Shown piece by piece: positions 27,192 to 32,000 of a stretch of DNA of 32,000 nucleotides (its first letter is position 1; every line of letters begins with the position of its first letter). Source of the DNA: Desulfocapsa sulfexigens DSM 10523 (lineage in GTDB: Bacteria > Desulfobacterota > Desulfobulbia > Desulfobulbales > Desulfocapsaceae); assembly GCF_000341395.1 (NCBI RefSeq), contig NC_020304.1, forward strand, positions 90,001 through 122,000, written 5' to 3'. Both the position numbers and the translations under genes were made by a program. The notes under the pieces are model-generated. The model worked only from the letters and a program-made list of their open reading frames with translations. It made no database searches and was not told the origin of the DNA.

Positions 27192-29348
27192 ATGTTTCTA
27201 GCAAAAATTTTTCCATTTATTCTCTGGTTTAAAGGGTACAAGGGGGCAACATTCAAACTTGACCTGGTTGCCGGTATTACGGTTGCCATGGTTTTGATCC
27301 CTCAATCAATGGCCTATGCACAACTTGCCGGTCTTCCGGCTTACTACGGTCTCTACGCAGCATTCCTGCCACCCATGATAGCTGCACTGTTTGGTTCCAG
27401 TCGTCAACTCGGTACCGGGCCTGTTGCCGTTGTATCACTGATGTCAGCAGCCTCTCTCGAGCCTCTGGCAACTGCAGGATCACCTGAATTTATCGCTTAC
27501 TCAATCGTGCTTGCACTTGTTGTCGGTATCTTCCAGTTCTCCCTGGGTGTGCTTCGCCTGGGAATGGTGGTAAACTTTCTTTCCCATCCTGTTATCAATG
27601 GTTTCACCAATGCCGCTGCCATCATTATCGCATCATCTCAGTTTTCCAAATTCTTCGGCGTATACGTTGATAAAGCCCCTCATCATTATGAAACAATGAT
27701 GCGAGTGGCAAATGCCGCTATGGATTATACTCATATGCCGACTTTGATTTATGCGGTCTCTGCGGTAGCCATCATGGCCACCTTGAAAAAATATGCCCCC
27801 AAGGTTCCAAATGTTCTGGTAGCAGTCCTTATCACCACCGTAATTTCCTACTTCACAGGATTTAACAATGATGCCGCAGTTGACATCTCTGCCGTTCAAC
27901 TACCCGGATTTAGCGAAAAAGTACATGAATTCAACCAGGCAACAGAACTCATCGAGACACGCGGCGGCGAACGTGCTGCTCTTGGTAAAGCGGCTGATGA
28001 GCTACGTAACGCAGAAACTGGACCCCACGGTGGCAAACCCATCGAACTGATCAAAATGGAAAGCGAAATAGCAATTCTCACTAACCATATGGATCATGCG
28101 AAAGAAGAGGCCCACCTTCTCCGTAAGGATCTCAGACATCTAAAATTTGAAGCGGTAGTCGATGGTGACAATTACACCTTCTACCCAAAAGGAAACATTC
28201 CAGGTGGCATAGAAACGGATGGAAAAACCTGGCGTCTGAAAATAGGCAATAAAGCGCTGAGTACTGATCAATTAACCATGATGGGTGGTGGTGCCATTGT
28301 CGGTACAGTTCCCAAGGGACTGCCAACAATTGCAATCCCGGAACTCACTGTGAAAAGCTTTTTGAAACTGCTTCCCACGGCAATCATTATTTCTCTGCTC
28401 GGATTTATGGAAGCCATTGCCATTGCTAAAGCCATGGCTGCAAAAACCGGCCAGAAGATTGATGCCAACCAGGAGTTAATCGGTCAGGGCCTTGCCAATA
28501 TCTGTGGTTCTTTTGGATCCAGCTACGCGGTTTCCGGTTCATTCTCCCGTTCCGCTGTTAACCTTGCAGCTGGTGCCGTTACGGGTATCTCTTCCGTGGT
28601 CACCTCGGTCATGGTGGTCATCACCCTGCTCTTCTTCACCCCCCTGCTCTACCATCTCCCCCAGGCAACGCTTGCTGCAGTCATTATGATGGCAGTTATC
28701 GGGCTTGTGAACGTCAAAGGATTTGTCCATGCATGGCACGCTCAAAAATATGATGGAATTATTTCGGTTTTAAGTTTTCTGGTTACCCTCTACTTTGCTC
28801 CACATCTGGATAAGGGTATCATGGTTGGCTTTGTCCTCTCCATGGGCGTCTTCCTCTACAAATCGATGCGTCCGGTTGTGGCCGAGCTCTCCATGCATGA
28901 GGATAAAGTCATGAAAAGTGCTGAACATTATCGCCTCAAAGGCTGTCGCCATATTTCGGTTGTCCGCTTTGACGGATCTTTGTTCTTTGCCAATGCCAGC
29001 TATCTCGATGAACAGGTTGCCTACTTTAGAACCACACATCCGGATCTGCGTTATATCCTCCTTGACGCCAAAGGAATCAATGATATGGACGCCTCCGGTG
29101 AAGAAGCTCTGGCCATGATTGTTGAGCGCCTCCGTGCGGCAAAACTCGGCTTTGCAATGTCCGGAGTCAAAGGACAAGTCATGGCTGTCATGGAAAGGAC
29201 TCACCTTCTTGACAAGATCGGAATGGAAAACATGTACCCTGACACTGAATCGGCCGTTGCTGATATTATCACCAAGGTCCATACAGACACTGATCTTCCT
29301 GAAGCAGGCTGTAATAACTGTCCTTTAACAAAGTATATTCCTGCATAG
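27192..29348 (+). CDS. SulP/SLC26 family anion transporter with STAS domain
   Basis: 718 aa; DLVAGITVAMVLIPQSMAYAQLAGLPAYYGLYAAFLPPMIAALFGSSRQLGTGPVA, LLPTAIIISLLGFMEAIAIAKAMAAKTGQKIDANQELIGQGLAN, and a C-terminal STAS (FDGSLFFANASYLDEQ...YILLDAKGINDMDASGEEALAMIVERL). Confidence 0.96.
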   Translation: MFLAKIFPFILWFKGYKGATFKLDLVAGITVAMVLIPQSMAYAQLAGLPAYYGLYAAFLPPMIAALFGSSRQLGTGPVAVVSLMSAASLEPLATAGSPEFIAYSIVLALVVGIFQFSLGVLRLGMVVNFLSHPVINGFTNAAAIIIASSQFSKFFGVYVDKAPHHYETMMRVANAAMDYTHMPTLIYAVSAVAIMATLKKYAPKVPNVLVAVLITTVISYFTGFNNDAAVDISAVQLPGFSEKVHEFNQATELIETRGGERAALGKAADELRNAETGPHGGKPIELIKMESEIAILTNHMDHAKEEAHLLRKDLRHLKFEAVVDGDNYTFYPKGNIPGGIETDGKTWRLKIGNKALSTDQLTMMGGGAIVGTVPKGLPTIAIPELTVKSFLKLLPTAIIISLLGFMEAIAIAKAMAAKTGQKIDANQELIGQGLANICGSFGSSYAVSGSFSRSAVNLAAGAVTGISSVVTSVMVVITLLFFTPLLYHLPQATLAAVIMMAVIGLVNVKGFVHAWHAQKYDGIISVLSFLVTLYFAPHLDKGIMVGFVLSMGVFLYKSMRPVVAELSMHEDKVMKSAEHYRLKGCRHISVVRFDGSLFFANASYLDEQVAYFRTTHPDLRYILLDAKGINDMDASGEEALAMIVERLRAAKLGFAMSGVKGQVMAVMERTHLLDKIGMENMYPDTESAVADIITKVHTDTDLPEAGCNNCPLTKYIPA

Positions 29349-29364
29349 CAGGATTTTAAAACAT

Positions 29365-29402
29365 AAAAAGGCCGTAATCCTATTTGGGATTGCGGCCTTT
29401 TT
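29365..29402 (+). terminator. Rho-independent terminator after SulP
   Basis: AAAAAGGCCGTAATCC - tatttg - GGATTGCGGCCTTTTT stem-loop. Confidence 0.9.
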
Positions 29403-29444
29403 ACGTTTACACCTGAGGGTATTTCAAATTCACCAGAAGACTAC

Positions 29445-30953
29445 TCAGATAACACCCAGTTCCACTCTGTTTCTTCCATTCTGCTTTGCCATATAAAGCG
29501 CCTGATCACTACACTCTATTATCGCCACACGGCTCAATTCCTTTCGAGTCATATCTGTAGCCGCCAGACCAATACTTACTGTAACAGAAACACGCTTTCC
29601 ATTATGCTCAATTTTCTTTTGCTCAACCCCTCTCCTCAAGCGTTGCGCCAGCACCTTTGCCCCCTTACTCCCTGTTTCAGGTAGAATAACAGCAAATTCC
29701 TCACCACCATAACGGGCAACAACGTCACAACTGCGCACCAGATGGGTCAAAACGTTAGCAATCTCCTTAAGGATTTCATCGCCCACGGGATGTCCATAGG
29801 TATCATTAACCTTTTTAAAAAAATCAATATCCAGAAGAAGCAGTGAAACTGGATGTTTATAGCGAACAGCCCTTCCCAGTTCCGTTTCCAGAACATTCTG
29901 AAAGTACCTGTGATTATAAAGACCGGTCAGACCATCCCTGTAGACGAGTTCCCGCAGACTGTTGTTTGCCTGCTGCAGCTCCATAGCAAGCTGTTCTGCA
30001 CTCCGCCTCGCCAGTTTCAGCTCCAGAACAACCTGTTCATAGGATAAATTCAGGGCACCCAGTTCTTCATTTGCTTCCTGCATGATCTGGGAAAAGGGCT
30101 TGATGTCCTTGGGATCCATTGCAAACAAGTCCAGGATCTCACGAGACCTCTCCCCTATGGTATCGATTAATTCGTCAACCCTGCCTCCGGAGACATGCCA
30201 TTTATCTGCAAGTCCAGAATGCACCTCAATGGACTTCATGTTGCTGTGTACACTGTGATACATAGCCGAAATCTTGTCCGAGAAATCGAGAAGCATTGCT
30301 GAACCCTGAAAATCTTTTCCTGCTTTCGCCGTCATATGATGCCAACGAATGGGCTCACTGATGCATTCAGGTAAATTCCAGGAGCTGAGCAGATAATGCC
30401 CAACTTCGGCATGGTCGCAGCCAAACTGTTCTTTCTCGGCGACACTGAGTTTCTCGCCACTGACACGCTTTTGGTCAAGAATGGCCCTGTAGTCATTCGG
30501 ATGAGACAGAAAAAGAATCAAAATACCGATATCCTGCAGCAATCCGGTGACAAACAGATCCTGACCTTTGTGCCCGACAGCGCTTCCAAGAACATCCGCA
30601 GCCACCGCCGCGGTTATTGCCCGTCGCCAGAAATAATCAAGATTAAAGCTTCCCTGGGGGGCATTTTGGAACTCCTGGACAATGACGAAGGAGAGTGCGA
30701 TATTCTTCAAGGCATCAGTACCAATCAATGCTGTGGCCTGAGCAAGAGAGTCAACCGGTTGACTGAGCCCATACAGAGAAGAATTGGCAAGTTTAAGAAT
30801 ACGAACACTGAGAGACGGATCGGTACTGATAATCCTGGCCAGGTCATCGAAGGAGTTCTCTTCCTGGCGAACGGCCTCTAGAATTTTTAAGGCTATCGTC
30901 GGTGGCGAGGGTAGTCTTACTTTTTCGTCAAAAAAATCCTGAACAGTCGTCAT
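29445..30953 (-). CDS. HDOD domain protein with C-terminal GGDEF diguanylate cyclase domain
   Basis: 502 aa; N-terminal HDOD (LPSPPTIALKILEAVRQEENSFDDLARIISTDPSLSVRILKLANSSLYG), a coiled segment, then YRDGLTGLYNHRYFQ...LLLDIDFFKKVNDTYGHPVGD...RYGGEEFAVILPETG. Confidence 0.95.
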   Translation of the reverse strand: MTTVQDFFDEKVRLPSPPTIALKILEAVRQEENSFDDLARIISTDPSLSVRILKLANSSLYGLSQPVDSLAQATALIGTDALKNIALSFVIVQEFQNAPQGSFNLDYFWRRAITAAVAADVLGSAVGHKGQDLFVTGLLQDIGILILFLSHPNDYRAILDQKRVSGEKLSVAEKEQFGCDHAEVGHYLLSSWNLPECISEPIRWHHMTAKAGKDFQGSAMLLDFSDKISAMYHSVHSNMKSIEVHSGLADKWHVSGGRVDELIDTIGERSREILDLFAMDPKDIKPFSQIMQEANEELGALNLSYEQVVLELKLARRSAEQLAMELQQANNSLRELVYRDGLTGLYNHRYFQNVLETELGRAVRYKHPVSLLLLDIDFFKKVNDTYGHPVGDEILKEIANVLTHLVRSCDVVARYGGEEFAVILPETGSKGAKVLAQRLRRGVEQKKIEHNGKRVSVTVSIGLAATDMTRKELSRVAIIECSDQALYMAKQNGRNRVELGVI

Positions 30954-31084
30954 TCAAAACTCCAGATCAAATTGATTTATATCTCTTTTCACCATATACG
31001 CATCCCTGCCACCTACCCTACCTGCTGCTATTTTCGAGGTCAAACAAAAAGAAGGGAACAGCAAACAGGGGAACACATGAAACA

Positions 31085-32000
31085 TTACTCTGCAAGCCTC
31101 TCCATATTTTCCTGTGCCGCCTCCCACTTCCCATACCAGCGCTCAAGCCTGCGCCCACACTCGTCATAGTCAGCTGAAGTTGCCACCCATGCCTTTTGAT
31201 CCTGATAGAGTTCAGGATCAGCCATCCGGGCTTCAAGGGCTGTTTTTTCAGCTTCCAGTTTCTCCACCATTTTCTCTGCCTCTTCAGCCTGTTTTTTCCA
31301 GGGACCCATTTTTTTATTCTCTTCCCGACGCTTTCTGGCATCCAGCTGACGCTGTTCCTTTTTAGAAAGCTGTGTTCCTGAGACTTCTGTTTCGATAACT
31401 GGTGCTGCCTCATCGGCTGGTTGCTGTTTGTCCTCACCCCCCGCACTATCCGCCTCAATTTTCTGCAGATAATCACTGATATTGCCTTCATATACGTTCA
31501 GCTGACCATCTTTAACCTCAACCACCTTATTCACAAAACTGTCGAGGAAATAACGGTTATGGGAAACCACCAGAATAAAGCCGTCATACTGAGACATTGC
31601 CTCCTGCAGAACCTCCTGGGAGCTGATATCCAGATGGTTCGTCGGTTCATCGAGGAGCATACAGTTCGCAGGAGAAGCTATCATCTTAGCCAGCGCCAGA
31701 CGACTTTTTTCGCCACCTGAAAGAACGGAAACCTTCTTATCCACCTCTTCACCCCGGAACAGGAAGGTTCCCAGCAGAGAGCGTATCCGGGTGATAGTCA
31801 TATCCTTCACAGAGAGCGAAAGTGTTTCAAGGGCTGTAAGTGTTGGACTGAGTTCCTGAGCCTGATGCTGTCCGAAATAGGATAGCTGTACATTGTGACC
31901 AAGTTTCACAACTCCTGAATCGGCATTTATGGCTCCAGCGATAATCTTCACCAGGGTGGATTTCCCAGCACCGTTCACGCCAACCACAGCAACCTTGTCA
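31085..32000 (-). CDS. ABC-F family ATPase, C-terminal half (truncated by window edge)
   Basis: GVNGAGKSTLVKIIAG, SVLSGGEKSRLALAKMIASPANCMLLDEPTNHLDISSQEVLQEAMSQYDGFILVVSHNRYFLD and a charged C-terminal coiled-coil. The gene extends beyond the right edge. Confidence 0.94.
   Translation of the reverse strand, partial: DKVAVVGVNGAGKSTLVKIIAGAINADSGVVKLGHNVQLSYFGQHQAQELSPTLTALETLSLSVKDMTITRIRSLLGTFLFRGEEVDKKVSVLSGGEKSRLALAKMIASPANCMLLDEPTNHLDISSQEVLQEAMSQYDGFILVVSHNRYFLDSFVNKVVEVKDGQLNVYEGNISDYLQKIEADSAGGEDKQQPADEAAPVIETEVSGTQLSKKEQRQLDARKRREENKKMGPWKKQAEEAEKMVEKLEAEKTALEARMADPELYQDQKAWVATSADYDECGRRLERWYGKWEAAQENMERLAE

Noticed and set aside
31018-31491. 157-aa minus-strand ORF overlapping the ABC-F gene
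   Set aside because: Low-complexity K/R/W-rich shadow frame. The other frame carries clear ABC-F motifs and continuous homology.
1-32000. CRISPR, toxin-antitoxin, restriction, prophage, transposon, retron or other defence system
   Set aside because: Scanned for regularly spaced repeats, integrase/transposase/RT motifs, nuclease or methylase motifs and small paired ORFs. Nothing convincing was seen; the content is metabolic, transport and housekeeping.

Overview
The window looks like ordinary chromosomal DNA from an anaerobic, probably sulfate-reducing deltaproteobacterium of Desulfobulbaceae type. That lineage guess is inference from gene content. Supported content, left to right: the 3' end of an FKBP-type PPIase; two tandem DUF1566/Lcl-like surface proteins; trpS; dnaK and grpE; a radical SAM protein closely resembling AhbD (siroheme-to-heme pathway), followed by hemE and an HD-domain hydrolase; three LysE/RhtB exporters within about 6.5 kb, interspersed with an MFS permease, a short orphan ORF, an MltB-like transglycosylase, and the alkylation-repair genes tag and ogt; a long co-directional minus-strand block (iorA-iorB-paaK-ACT-livK-livH-livM-livG-livF-paaK-rph-HAD-like) that looks like an aromatic amino acid / aryl-acid uptake and oxidation module; a SulP transporter with an unusual insertion and a cysteine-containing C-terminus; an HDOD-GGDEF protein; and a truncated ABC-F ATPase. 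I found no CRISPR array, prophage, transposase, rRNA, recognisable tRNA or defence system. The best follow-up leads are: the ahbD-like/hemE pairing and the inverted repeats in its spacer; a perfect 14-bp inverted repeat just upstream of livH; the two paaK paralogues bracketing the liv genes beside iorAB; the SulP insertion; and an unassigned structured, terminator-ended region after ogt. None of these amounts to a clear new system.
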